DNA of 64,000 nucleotides from an uncultured Bordetella sp. (GTDB lineage Bacteria; Pseudomonadota; Gammaproteobacteria; Burkholderiales; Casimicrobiaceae): NCBI GenBank assembly GCA_964354035.1, contig CAYGYQ010000001.1, positions 557 to 64,556 of the forward strand, read 5' to 3'. Shown piece by piece: positions 55,317 to 64,000 of this stretch (position 1 is its first letter; each line of letters starts with the position of its first letter). The notes under the pieces were generated by a model. It saw only the letters and a program-made list of their open reading frames with translations, ran no database searches and was not told where the DNA came from. The position numbers and the translations under genes were made by a program.

Positions 55317-57371
55317 ATGTCGTTGGAAGCTGTCGCCGCGGCGACGGGAGGGGCTGTTTCGTCGCGGCCGGCGTTGCCCGCGCAGGTCCTCAAGCGCGAC
55401 GGCCAGCGCGCGCCGTTCGAGCTTGCCAAGATCGCCTCCGCGATCGCCCGCGCCGGTGCGGCGACCGGGGAATTCGACGCTGCCGCCGCGAACGAGCTCG
55501 CCGAAGCCGTCGGCCGCGTGCTTGCGCACCGCCACACTGGCGGCGTGCCGGAAATCGAGACGATCCAGGATTGCGTCGAGCACACGCTGGCGGCCGCCGG
55601 CTGGTTCCACACGGCACGCGCGTACATTGTCTACCGCGACCGCCACGAGCGGCTGCGCGCCGATCGCAAGACGCTGGTCGACGTCGCCGCCTCGGTCGAC
55701 GAGTATCTCGACCAGAGGGACTGGCGCGTCAATGCCAACGCCAATCAGGGTTACTCGCTCGGCGGGCTGATCCTCAACGTGTCGGGCAAGGTCGTCGCGA
55801 ACTACTGGCTGTCGCACGTCTATGCGCCCGAGATCGGCCACGCGCATCGGGACGGGGACGTCCACATCCACGACCTCGACATGCTGGCCGGCTACTGCGC
55901 CGGCTGGTCGCTGCGCCAGCTGCTGCACGAGGGCCTGAACGGCGTGCCGGGCAAAGTCGAGGCCGGGCCGCCGAAGCACATGTCCAGCGCGGTCGGCCAG
56001 ATCGTCAACTTTCTCGGCACGCTGCAGAACGAGTGGGCCGGCGCGCAGGCGTTCTCGTCGTTCGACACCTACATGGCGCCGTTCATCCGCCGCGACGCGA
56101 TGACCTACGACGCGGTCAAGCAGTGCATCCAGGAGCTGATCTACAACCTCAACGTCCCGTCGCGCTGGGGCACGCAGACGCCGTTCACGAACCTGACGTT
56201 CGACTGGGTGTGCCCGGAGGACCTGCGCGGGCAGATTCCCGTGATCGCCGGCTGCGAGATGCCGTTCACCTACGGCGACCTGCAGCCCGAGATGGACATG
56301 ATCAACCGTGCGTACATCGAAGTGATGACGACGGGGGACGCCAAGGGCCGCGTGTTCACGTTCCCGATCCCGACCTACAACATCACGCCGGATTTCGACT
56401 GGGATCACCCGAACTGCGAGGCGCTGTTCGCGATGACCGCGAAGTACGGGCTGCCGTACTTCCAGAATTTCCTGAATTCCGAACTGAAGCCCAACATGAT
56501 CCGCTCGATGTGCTGCCGGCTGCAGCTCGACCTGCGCGAGCTCTTGAAGCGCGGCAACGGCCTCTTCGGCTCCGCCGAGCAGACGGGATCGGTCGGCGTG
56601 GTGACGATCAACTGCGCGCGGCTGGGCTATCTCAATGCGGGCGACGAAATCGGCATGTTCGAGCGCATCGACGAACTCCTCGGCTATGCGAAAGACAGCC
56701 TCGAGGTGAAGCGCAAGGTGATCCAGCGGCTGATCGACCAGGGCCTCTTCCCCTACACCAAGCGCTACCTCGGCACGTTGCGCAATCATTTCTCGACGAT
56801 CGGCGTGAACGGCATCAACGAGATGGTGAGGAACTTCACCAGCGGCAACGATGACATCACCACGCCGTGGGGTCACGCCTTTGCCGTGCGCCTGCTCGAC
56901 CACCTGCGCGCGAAGATCGTCGCGTTCCAGGAGGAGACCGGGCACATGTACAACCTCGAGGCGACGCCGGCCGAGGGCACGACCTACCGCTTTGCCAAGG
57001 AAGACCGCAAGCGCTGGCCGGACATCCTGCAGGCGGGAACGCCGGAGACGCCGTACTACACGAACAGCTCGCAGCTGCCGGTGGGCTTCACCGACGATCC
57101 GTTCGAGGCACTGACGAGGCAGGAAGAGCTGCAGCAGAAGTACACCGGCGGCACGGTGCTCCACCTCTACATGAGCGAGAAGATTTCGTCGCCCGAAACC
57201 TGCAAGGCGCTGGTGCGGCGCTCGCTGGAGCGCTTTCGCCTGCCCTACATCACCATCACGCCGACGTTCTCGATCTGCCCGCAGCACGGGTATCTGGACG
57301 GCGAGCACGAGTTCTGCCCGAAATGCGACGAAGAGAGGCTGGCGGAGAAACGGCGCAAGCTCGCCGCCTGA
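55317..57371 (+). CDS. nrdD: Class III (anaerobic) ribonucleoside-triphosphate reductase NrdD, catalytic body without glycyl-radical tail
   Basis: ATG at 55317 with a GGGAGA RBS, 684 aa. N-terminal ATP-cone-like region (VLKRDGQRAPFELAKI). Ends with a Cys/His cluster, CPQHGYLDGEHEFCPKCD, then TGA. Confidence 0.9.
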   Translation: MSLEAVAAATGGAVSSRPALPAQVLKRDGQRAPFELAKIASAIARAGAATGEFDAAAANELAEAVGRVLAHRHTGGVPEIETIQDCVEHTLAAAGWFHTARAYIVYRDRHERLRADRKTLVDVAASVDEYLDQRDWRVNANANQGYSLGGLILNVSGKVVANYWLSHVYAPEIGHAHRDGDVHIHDLDMLAGYCAGWSLRQLLHEGLNGVPGKVEAGPPKHMSSAVGQIVNFLGTLQNEWAGAQAFSSFDTYMAPFIRRDAMTYDAVKQCIQELIYNLNVPSRWGTQTPFTNLTFDWVCPEDLRGQIPVIAGCEMPFTYGDLQPEMDMINRAYIEVMTTGDAKGRVFTFPIPTYNITPDFDWDHPNCEALFAMTAKYGLPYFQNFLNSELKPNMIRSMCCRLQLDLRELLKRGNGLFGSAEQTGSVGVVTINCARLGYLNAGDEIGMFERIDELLGYAKDSLEVKRKVIQRLIDQGLFPYTKRYLGTLRNHFSTIGVNGINEMVRNFTSGNDDITTPWGHAFAVRLLDHLRAKIVAFQEETGHMYNLEATPAEGTTYRFAKEDRKRWPDILQAGTPETPYYTNSSQLPVGFTDDPFEALTRQEELQQKYTGGTVLHLYMSEKISSPETCKALVRRSLERFRLPYITITPTFSICPQHGYLDGEHEFCPKCDEERLAEKRRKLAA

Positions 57372-57401
57372 CCCGATGCCATCCGCAACCCGGAGAAGAC
57401 C

Positions 57402-57593
57402 ATGAACACGATGACCGAAACGAAGCACCTCACCGCAGCGATCACGCTGACTGCCGATGAGCGTCAGCGCTGCGAAGTGTGGACCCGCGTGATGGGCTAC
57501 CACCGCCCGGTCGCGTCGTTCAACATCGGCAAGAAGGGCGAGCATTCCGAGCGCTGCTTCTTCGTCGAGGAGCGCGCGCGGCCGCACTGCTGA
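57402..57593 (+). CDS. Glycyl-radical tail of NrdD encoded as separate 63-aa ORF
   Basis: GGAGAAG RBS. Contains CEVWTRVMGYHRPVASFNIGKKGEHSERCFF, the RV-x-GY glycyl-radical motif and the following RPV..N.GK..E..R segment of NrdD C-termini. Same reading frame as nrdD. Confidence 0.7.
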   Translation: MNTMTETKHLTAAITLTADERQRCEVWTRVMGYHRPVASFNIGKKGEHSERCFFVEERARPHC

Positions 57594-57628
57594 GCGGCAG
57601 CATCGCGAGTTCCCCGCCTGAGGGTGAT

Positions 57629-58363
57629 ATGCCGGACGGCGCTGCCGTGCCGCGGTCCCTGCGCACCGACGCGCTGCGCGTGGGTGGTTTCGTTCCGTTC
57701 ACGCTGACCGACTACCCGGACGCGCTCGCGGCGGTCATATTCTGCCAGGGCTGCCCGTGGCGCTGCGCGTATTGCCACAACCCGCACCTCATCGCGGCGC
57801 GCGGAGACGGCGAGCGCGAATTCGCGCGCATCCTCGACTGGCTCGGCACCCGCCACGGGCTCCTCGACGCCGTCGTGTTCTCGGGCGGCGAGCCCACGGC
57901 CCAGGCCGGGCTTGCCGATGCAATCGCGGCGGTGCATGCGCTGGGCTTCAAGGTCGGCCTGCACACCGGCGGCGCGAATCCGCGGCGGCTCGCGGCCGTG
58001 CTGCCGCAGGTGGACTGGGTCGGCCTCGACGTCAAGGCGCCGCAGGGCGGGTATGCCGGAGTGACCGGCGTTGCGGACAGCGGGTTCTCCGCGCTCGCGA
58101 GTCTCGATCTCGTCCTTGCGTCTGACAGGGCACACGAAGTGCGTACCACTGTGCATCCGGCGCTGACGCCGCCCGCTGCGCTCGAACAGCTCGCGCGCGA
58201 GCTCGCCGATCGTGGCGTCGTCCGGTGGGTGCTGCAACCGTTTCGGGCGACGGGCTGCGCCGACGAAGCGCTCGTGTCCCGCGCGCCGCACGGAGCCACG
58301 ATCGAGCCGGCACTCGTTGCGCTCCTGCGCATGCACGTGCCCGCGATCGAGGTGCGTGGTTGA
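57629..58363 (+). CDS. nrdG: Anaerobic RNR activating radical-SAM protein NrdG
   Basis: ATG at 57629. CQGCPWRCAYCHN contains the CxxxCxxC radical-SAM cluster motif, and VFSGGEP is present. Confidence 0.85.
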   Translation: MPDGAAVPRSLRTDALRVGGFVPFTLTDYPDALAAVIFCQGCPWRCAYCHNPHLIAARGDGEREFARILDWLGTRHGLLDAVVFSGGEPTAQAGLADAIAAVHALGFKVGLHTGGANPRRLAAVLPQVDWVGLDVKAPQGGYAGVTGVADSGFSALASLDLVLASDRAHEVRTTVHPALTPPAALEQLARELADRGVVRWVLQPFRATGCADEALVSRAPHGATIEPALVALLRMHVPAIEVRG

Positions 58364-58557
58364 GGTTGGCGTTCGTCCGATCGCGTCTGTCGTTTTTCCG
58401 CTAAGCCTTTTGGCCTAATCCATCGCCGCTCGCCAGAGCGTGGAGAGCCTGTCTGCTGCCGCCACCTGTCGTTTCCTACAGGTGCGCGTCGCTGCGACCC
58501 ATCCTAACGTGCGGTCGCGCCAAACGTGAACAAGCTCGACCAGCGAGCGTTGGCGCG

Positions 58558-61293
58558 ATGCAGTCGCTGTGCAATCAGCGCACGACCGGGGAGGAAACGT
58601 TGGCCTGCCTACACGAAACTCGGGTATCGAGTACACCGGAGCATGCGCCCGGACGTCACGACGTCACGGAGCCGCGTGCTGCGCTTCTTCGCCAACGCCT
58701 GCGCTCGCTCGGGCGGTGGGTCCTGGTCGCGTGCCTCGCGGTCATTGGCGCGGTGCATGCGGCATCGAATGTCGTGCAATACACGCACGACGCTGCCGGC
58801 AACATCGTTGCCATTCGACGGGTCAACCCGTCGCCGATCACGATCGCAGGCTTCGCGCCACTCTCCGGTCCAACGGGAACCCTGGTCACGATCACCGGGA
58901 CCGGCTTCGGCACGACGCCGACCACCAACGCGGTCACGTTCAATGGTGTGGCCGGAACGGTCGTTGCCGCCGCGGTCACCACGCTCACCGTGGCGGTTCC
59001 GGCGGGTGCCGCCACAGGAAAGGTCGCGGTGACGGCCGGCGGCAACACCGCGACCAGCGCCCAGGATTTCGTCGTCACCGCGCCGGGCATCCCGACGATC
59101 ACCGGATTCACGCCGGCGGCGGGCCCGCCGGGTACGGCAGTGACCGTCAGCGGATCCAACTTCAATGCCGCGCCTGGCGCCACGACGGTCAAGCTGAATC
59201 AGCATGCCGCGACCCCGACGTCGATCACGCCGACGCAGCTTGCGTTCGCCGTCCCGGCCGCCACTGGCTCCGGCAGGATCCGCGTCGCCACTGCTGCGGG
59301 CAGCGCCGTCAGCGCCGTGGATTTCGTCGTGCCGCCCGCATCGATCGCCGCGAGCGACATCATCACTGCGACCAGGCTTTCCGCGAACGGGCAGGAGCAA
59401 GGCCTCGGCCTTTTTGCGGCCGGCAAATATGGAGCCGTTCTGTTCGATGGCAGCGCGGGCGACTGGCTCACCCTCCAGTTTCGCAACTTCGCGGTCAATC
59501 CGGCGAGCGCGACGATTGCATACACCATCTACAAGCCGGACAACACCCAGCTGGTGAGCGGCAAGCTGTCGGCCGCAAGTCTCTCGATCCATTTGCCGGC
59601 GTTGCCCGCTGCCGGCACCTATACGATGCTGCTCGCCACGGGCATCGCGCAGGTCGCGCTCGATGTCAGGCTCGAGAGCGACGTTTTCGTCCCCGCCGAC
59701 GGGACGACACTGGCGGTCGCTCGGAGTGCCGGGCAAGCCACGCGCGCGCTGATCGCGGCGGTGGCCGGCGAGCAGAAAACGCTGATGGTGTCGGGCTTGA
59801 CCACCGTTCCCGCCGGCGGTCGGCTCGACTACACGATCGCCTTTCCGAATGGCACCACGTTCCGAGTCGGGAACGCAAGCGGGCTCGGCTCCACGACGCA
59901 ACTGCCTCCGTTCACGCTGACGGGCACGCATGCCGTGGTTTTTGCGGCGAACACCACCACGACGCAGTCCGCCTTCAAGTTCGGGTTTCTTGCGGGGGTT
60001 GCCTTGCCGGTCGACGGGGGAGCCATCGACCTTGCACTCGCGAATCCCGGCGAGGGTGCGCGGCTCAACATTGCCGGAGTTGCCGGACAGAATCTGGGGC
60101 TCGGCATCACGGGGCTCGTCCTCAGCCCGACGTCGGTTACGTCCGCGAGCATTGTGGTGTACAAGCCGGATGCCGGTTTGCTTGCGTCGATCAGTTGCCG
60201 CGTCGACGGCACCCAATGCGCGGCCAATCTCCCAAATCTTCCCGTCACCGGCACTTACAGCGTCATCGTGCAGCCGGCAAACGGCGCGACGGGATCGCTG
60301 CAGGCGTGGCTCTCGCGCGATGCTGCCGGGACCTTGGCCAGTGGCACGCCGTTCCGACTGACGCTGGCGCGTCCCGGCCAGAATGCGCGACTCACCTTCC
60401 CGGGGGCCGCCGGTGCGCCGATCGCACTCCAGGTGCGCGACGTCGTGACGAACCCCGCGGCGCAGGGGCTTTTCATCACGATCAGCAAGCCCGATGGCTC
60501 GTGGCTGACCTACTCCCACCTGACCGGCGCCGGGCAGATTCTGGTCGCACCACCACTGCCGGTCACTGGAACGTACACGGTCTTTCTGGAGCCCGAAGCG
60601 GCCGCCAAGGGGGCAGCCACCGCATCGATGGAGGTGCTGCTCGACCCCGGGCAGAGCCTTGCCGTCGATGGTCCGACATCCGACGCGGCGATCGGCCTTC
60701 CCGGTGGAAGCGCACGCTACACGTTTGCCGGAACGGAAGGCCAGAACCTCGGGCTCGGCGTCAGCAATATGGCGTTGAATCCGAAGGTCGATGCGACGGT
60801 ATACGTCTACGGACCGAATGGGGCGCAGCTCACCGCCTTTACGTGCGCCGCGGCGACCGGCGGATGCGGCGGCAATCTCAACCCGCAGAGCGCGGGCACC
60901 TACGGGATCGTGGTGCGTCCGTCCGCGGGCGCGACGGGCGGGTTGCGCGTCACGCTGTCATCGGACTTGGGCGGATCGCTGGTCCCCGGCGGCCCTGCAC
61001 TGCAGGTTCCCCTCGATCGGCCGGGCCGCAATGCGCGCCTCATGATCGCCGGCACCGCGGGGCAGACGCTTCGCCTCTCCTGGTCGGTCGCCGCGATCCC
61101 CGGGCCGTCCGGCAGGGCACCCGCGTACGTCACCACGCCAAGCGGTTCCACGCTGGGGACCGCCTGGATCGTGCACGGAGCGGCGGGGAGCTACGACCTT
61201 CCCGCGTTGCCGGTCACCGGCAATTACACGGTGTTCATCGACCCCGTGGCTGGAGCAACGCTGAACACGACCCTGACGCTCGTCGCGCGCTGA
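58558..61293 (+). CDS. Secreted multi-domain protein: YD-like repeat, two IPT/TIG domains, six ~100-aa beta-sandwich-like modules
   Basis: 911 aa. Signal-like WVLVACLAVIGAVHA, then VVQYTHDAAGNIVAIRR. Two IPT/TIG-like units (ITIAGFAPLSGPTGTLVTITGTGFG..., PTITGFTPAAGPPGTAVTVSGSNF...), then six recurring modules. ATG 58558 is the only canonical start but leaves about 45 aa before the signal peptide. Confidence 0.7.
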   Translation: MQSLCNQRTTGEETLACLHETRVSSTPEHAPGRHDVTEPRAALLRQRLRSLGRWVLVACLAVIGAVHAASNVVQYTHDAAGNIVAIRRVNPSPITIAGFAPLSGPTGTLVTITGTGFGTTPTTNAVTFNGVAGTVVAAAVTTLTVAVPAGAATGKVAVTAGGNTATSAQDFVVTAPGIPTITGFTPAAGPPGTAVTVSGSNFNAAPGATTVKLNQHAATPTSITPTQLAFAVPAATGSGRIRVATAAGSAVSAVDFVVPPASIAASDIITATRLSANGQEQGLGLFAAGKYGAVLFDGSAGDWLTLQFRNFAVNPASATIAYTIYKPDNTQLVSGKLSAASLSIHLPALPAAGTYTMLLATGIAQVALDVRLESDVFVPADGTTLAVARSAGQATRALIAAVAGEQKTLMVSGLTTVPAGGRLDYTIAFPNGTTFRVGNASGLGSTTQLPPFTLTGTHAVVFAANTTTTQSAFKFGFLAGVALPVDGGAIDLALANPGEGARLNIAGVAGQNLGLGITGLVLSPTSVTSASIVVYKPDAGLLASISCRVDGTQCAANLPNLPVTGTYSVIVQPANGATGSLQAWLSRDAAGTLASGTPFRLTLARPGQNARLTFPGAAGAPIALQVRDVVTNPAAQGLFITISKPDGSWLTYSHLTGAGQILVAPPLPVTGTYTVFLEPEAAAKGAATASMEVLLDPGQSLAVDGPTSDAAIGLPGGSARYTFAGTEGQNLGLGVSNMALNPKVDATVYVYGPNGAQLTAFTCAAATGGCGGNLNPQSAGTYGIVVRPSAGATGGLRVTLSSDLGGSLVPGGPALQVPLDRPGRNARLMIAGTAGQTLRLSWSVAAIPGPSGRAPAYVTTPSGSTLGTAWIVHGAAGSYDLPALPVTGNYTVFIDPVAGATLNTTLTLVAR

Positions 61294-61322
61294 CTGCCAC
61301 CGGATTACCTGAAGAGGGTGCA

Positions 61323-64000
61323 ATGACGACAAAACTTCGCTGGCATTGCGTGCATGTCCTGGTGGCCGGCGTGATCGCCTGCACCATGGCCGACGCCCAA
61401 ACGGTCGACCTGCGCTGCGTAGCCGACGGCGGGGTTGCGCTGTGCACCGAACCAACGCATGTTGCCGATCCGCCGGGCGCCGCGGTCGATGCGCACATGT
61501 GGAACTACAACGTCTGCGACATGGCCGGAACGTTCCTCTCGCGCGAGGCCGCATGGACCAAGGTGCGGGACGGGAAGCCGATCTTTGATCCGGACATCGT
61601 TCCCGTGTCGACGGCTTTCGAGCAGATCGTCCACAACGCATGCCAGATCGCAGTGACCGATACGGGCTGGGGCCAGACGATTCCGTCCAACATCCTGTGC
61701 TGGACCGGAGCGCCGCTCGTCAGGAACGGCAGTCTGATCCGTGATTTCCGAAAACTCAGTTTCACCGGATTGACGCCCAGTTCCACCGGCTGCAATCAGG
61801 CGTGGACGGAGGTCGTCTACGCCGGAAAATGGCGGGGCATCGCGTGCCCCAGGACCTACAACGGACGGACAAAAGCGAACGGCGACCTCGAATGCTGGAA
61901 GTTGCCGCCGGAGTGCACGGAGCGCGCCAGTGTCGGCAACCCGATCACACTTCTCGACGGCTGCAAGTCCCAGCGCGAAGTGGATTACCGTTCGCGCACG
62001 CCCGGTGGCCTCGAGGTCGAGCGTCACTACAACAGTGGGGGGTACTTCCGGTTCGCCGTGGCGGCGGAGACGGCGGGCGACGTGTGGCGCACGACCTGGG
62101 ACCGGCGCATTCTCGTCCCGCCGGTGACCGGCAACGTCCTCGCCTACGCGCAGCGTGCCGACGGCTCACTGCAGGCATTCGGTCCCGCGGGGCGGGAGCT
62201 GCAGAACAACCAGGGAGGGGCGTCCGCACTGCTACAGCGTCTGACCGATGCCACAGGCGCGGTGACAGGATGGCGACTTACGACCGCGAACACCGACGTC
62301 GAGACCTATGATGCCGCAGGCCGGTTGCTTTCGATCGCGCTGCGCACCGGGCAGACCTATACATTGGCCTACATGGCGAGCGGCCCGCTCGCCACCGTCA
62401 CCGACGCATTCGGCGGCTCGTTGACCTTCACCTACGACGCGTCGGGCCGCCTCGGCGGCTTCGTCGCGCCGGGCAATCGCGTGTACGTCTACGGTTACGA
62501 CGCCGCGGGCCGTTTCACCTCCGTCACGTATCCCGACAACACGGTCCGGACCTATCACTACGAGAACATCGGCTTCCGGCACGCGCTGACCGGGATCACC
62601 GACGAAAACGGGAACCGCTTCGCGACCTGGGGCTACGACGGATCGGGACGCGCCAATGCGTCGCAACATGCCGGTGGTGCCGAAGCGGTGACGCTTTACT
62701 ATGGCTCGTACTCGTCAACGGCCAACGAAGGTTCGACGGGTGTCACGGACGCGTTCGGGACCGCCCGGACCTATTACTATCAGGTCGTCGGCGGCGTGGC
62801 GCGCATCAAGCGCGCGACCGATATCACCGGGAACGTCATGGCTACTTTCGATGCCAATGGCAATGTTGCGTCCCGCACCGACGTCAATCGGAATCAAACG
62901 ATCTACGCCTACGATCCCGCGCGGAACCTGGAACTCTCGCGCACGGAAGCGTACGGAACTCCGCTGGCCCGCACGATCACGACGCAGTGGCATCCTGTCC
63001 TGCGGCTGCCGGTGAAGATCGTCGCGCCGTCCGGCGTCGGCGGCGGCAGCGAGATGACGGACTTCGCCTACGACGCGCAGGGAAACCTGCTGCAGAAGAC
63101 GACAAGCGCCGGTGGCAGGACACGGCAATGGAACATGACCTACAGCGCGATCGGCCAGGTGCTGACGGTCGACGGGCCGCGGACCGACGTGAACGACGTC
63201 ACGACATATGCGTATTACGACGCAACGGATCCTTGCAGCGGGTGCCGCGGCAACGTGAAGACGACCGTCAATGCGGCGGGTCACCGCACGACGTTCGATG
63301 CATACGATGCCGACGGCCAGCCGACCCGCATCACCGATCCCAACGGCGTGGTGACGGCGCTGAGCTACGACGTTCGCGGCCGGCTCAGGATGCGCAGCGT
63401 CAACGCCGGGAACGCACCAGTCGAGACTACGACCTTCGAATACGACAACGCGGGGCAGCTCGTCCGGGCCACGATGCCCGACGGGAGCTTCCTGCGCTAT
63501 CAGTACGATGCAGCGCATCGTCTGACGGAAATCACCGACGGGCTCGACAACGTGATCCAGTACACGCTGGATGCCATGGGCAACCGGATCAAGGAGGATG
63601 TGTTCGATCCGGCGGATCGCCTGGTGCGGACCCAGCGGCGGATCTACGATGCGCTGAACCGGCTCTACAACGACATCGGTGCGGCAGGACAGAAATCCGC
63701 GTACCTGTACGACGGCAACGGGAATCTGAAATCGAGCATCGATCCGCTGACCCGGACCACCGCGCTCAATTACGATGCGTTGAATCGCCTGCTGAACGTC
63801 ACCGACGCGACGGGTGGCATCACCCGGTACGGCTACGACGCGAAGGATCGTCTGGTATCGGTCCAGGATCCGATCAGCCTCACGACGACGTACACCTACG
63901 ACGGGCTCGGCAATCTCACGCAGCTGGCGAGTCCGGACACGGGCGTCGCGACCTACGTGCCTGATGCCGCCGGCAACGTCGTCGGAGCGACCGATGCGCG
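61323..64000 (+). CDS. RHS / YD-repeat protein, N-terminal ~890 aa (3' end beyond window)
   Basis: Not in the supplied ORF track. Hand translation from ATG 61323 (RBS GAAGAGGG) is open to base 64000. Signal peptide MTTKLRWHCVHVLVAGVIACTMADAQ, a Cys-rich N-domain, then many YD repeats (YDAAGRLLSI, YDASGRLGGF, YGYDAAGRFTSVTYPDN, YDAQGNLLQK, YDADGQPTRITDPNG, YDNAGQLVRATMPDG, YDGNGNLKSSIDPL, YDAKDRLVSVQDP, YDGLGNLTQL). Confidence 0.9.
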   Translation, partial: MTTKLRWHCVHVLVAGVIACTMADAQTVDLRCVADGGVALCTEPTHVADPPGAAVDAHMWNYNVCDMAGTFLSREAAWTKVRDGKPIFDPDIVPVSTAFEQIVHNACQIAVTDTGWGQTIPSNILCWTGAPLVRNGSLIRDFRKLSFTGLTPSSTGCNQAWTEVVYAGKWRGIACPRTYNGRTKANGDLECWKLPPECTERASVGNPITLLDGCKSQREVDYRSRTPGGLEVERHYNSGGYFRFAVAAETAGDVWRTTWDRRILVPPVTGNVLAYAQRADGSLQAFGPAGRELQNNQGGASALLQRLTDATGAVTGWRLTTANTDVETYDAAGRLLSIALRTGQTYTLAYMASGPLATVTDAFGGSLTFTYDASGRLGGFVAPGNRVYVYGYDAAGRFTSVTYPDNTVRTYHYENIGFRHALTGITDENGNRFATWGYDGSGRANASQHAGGAEAVTLYYGSYSSTANEGSTGVTDAFGTARTYYYQVVGGVARIKRATDITGNVMATFDANGNVASRTDVNRNQTIYAYDPARNLELSRTEAYGTPLARTITTQWHPVLRLPVKIVAPSGVGGGSEMTDFAYDAQGNLLQKTTSAGGRTRQWNMTYSAIGQVLTVDGPRTDVNDVTTYAYYDATDPCSGCRGNVKTTVNAAGHRTTFDAYDADGQPTRITDPNGVVTALSYDVRGRLRMRSVNAGNAPVETTTFEYDNAGQLVRATMPDGSFLRYQYDAAHRLTEITDGLDNVIQYTLDAMGNRIKEDVFDPADRLVRTQRRIYDALNRLYNDIGAAGQKSAYLYDGNGNLKSSIDPLTRTTALNYDALNRLLNVTDATGGITRYGYDAKDRLVSVQDPISLTTTYTYDGLGNLTQLASPDTGVATYVPDAAGNVVGATDA

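Noticed and set aside
57369-57440. Selenocysteine recoding of the in-frame TGA between nrdD and the glycyl-radical ORF.
   Set aside because: I found no convincing stem-loop in the 40 nt after the TGA where a bacterial SECIS would sit. The downstream ORF also has its own RBS and ATG. Recoding is kept only as a minor alternative in the finding.
58415-58636. 73-aa minus-strand ORF between nrdG and the IPT/TIG gene.
   Set aside because: It has no motif, no RBS context and an odd composition, and it overlaps the start region of the IPT/TIG gene.

Overview
High-GC chromosomal segment, about 43 of 60 G+C in hand-counted stretches. The gene content looks betaproteobacterial (inference from lptD-surA, the ubiE/Tim44-like/ubiJ/ubiB block, pilT-pilU, yggS-proC-yggT-yggU and rsmA-pdxA). 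About 65 genes can be supported. Most are housekeeping or transport: potABCD, a TRAP dctPQM set, a NodIJ-like ABC-2 exporter, azlCD and msbA. Five regions stand out. (1) A tightly packed 11-gene minus-strand operon (9843-20840) sits between msbA and waaL/heptosyltransferase. It encodes a private fatty-acid elongation set: KS, a Cys-to-Ser KS-like partner, a double-hotdog dehydratase, KR, a FabL-like ER and a 142-aa ACP. It also encodes an AcpS::LpxL-type acyltransferase fusion and a 4-gene accessory module. This is my best candidate for an uncharacterised lipid or LPS-lipid system. (2) Downstream of surA lies a mobile-element scar with IS91-type transposase remnants, a nucleotidyltransferase cargo gene and a duplicated DUF3460 gene end. 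It coincides with separation and inversion of the normally contiguous surA and pdxA-rsmA genes. (3) A NiCoT nickel/cobalt permease gene has had its middle replaced by an AT-richer family-25 glycosyltransferase cassette. The left junction is a 27-nt exact copy of the fructosamine-kinase gene 1.3 kb upstream. (4) In the class III ribonucleotide reductase, the glycyl-radical tail is a separate 63-aa ORF in the same frame as nrdD, behind a single TGA. (5) An IPT/TIG multi-module secreted protein is followed by a Sec-signal RHS/YD-repeat protein that runs off the window end. That RHS ORF is absent from the supplied ORF track. No rRNA, tRNA or CRISPR array was found. Many long ORFs in the track are GC-driven shadow frames and were rejected.
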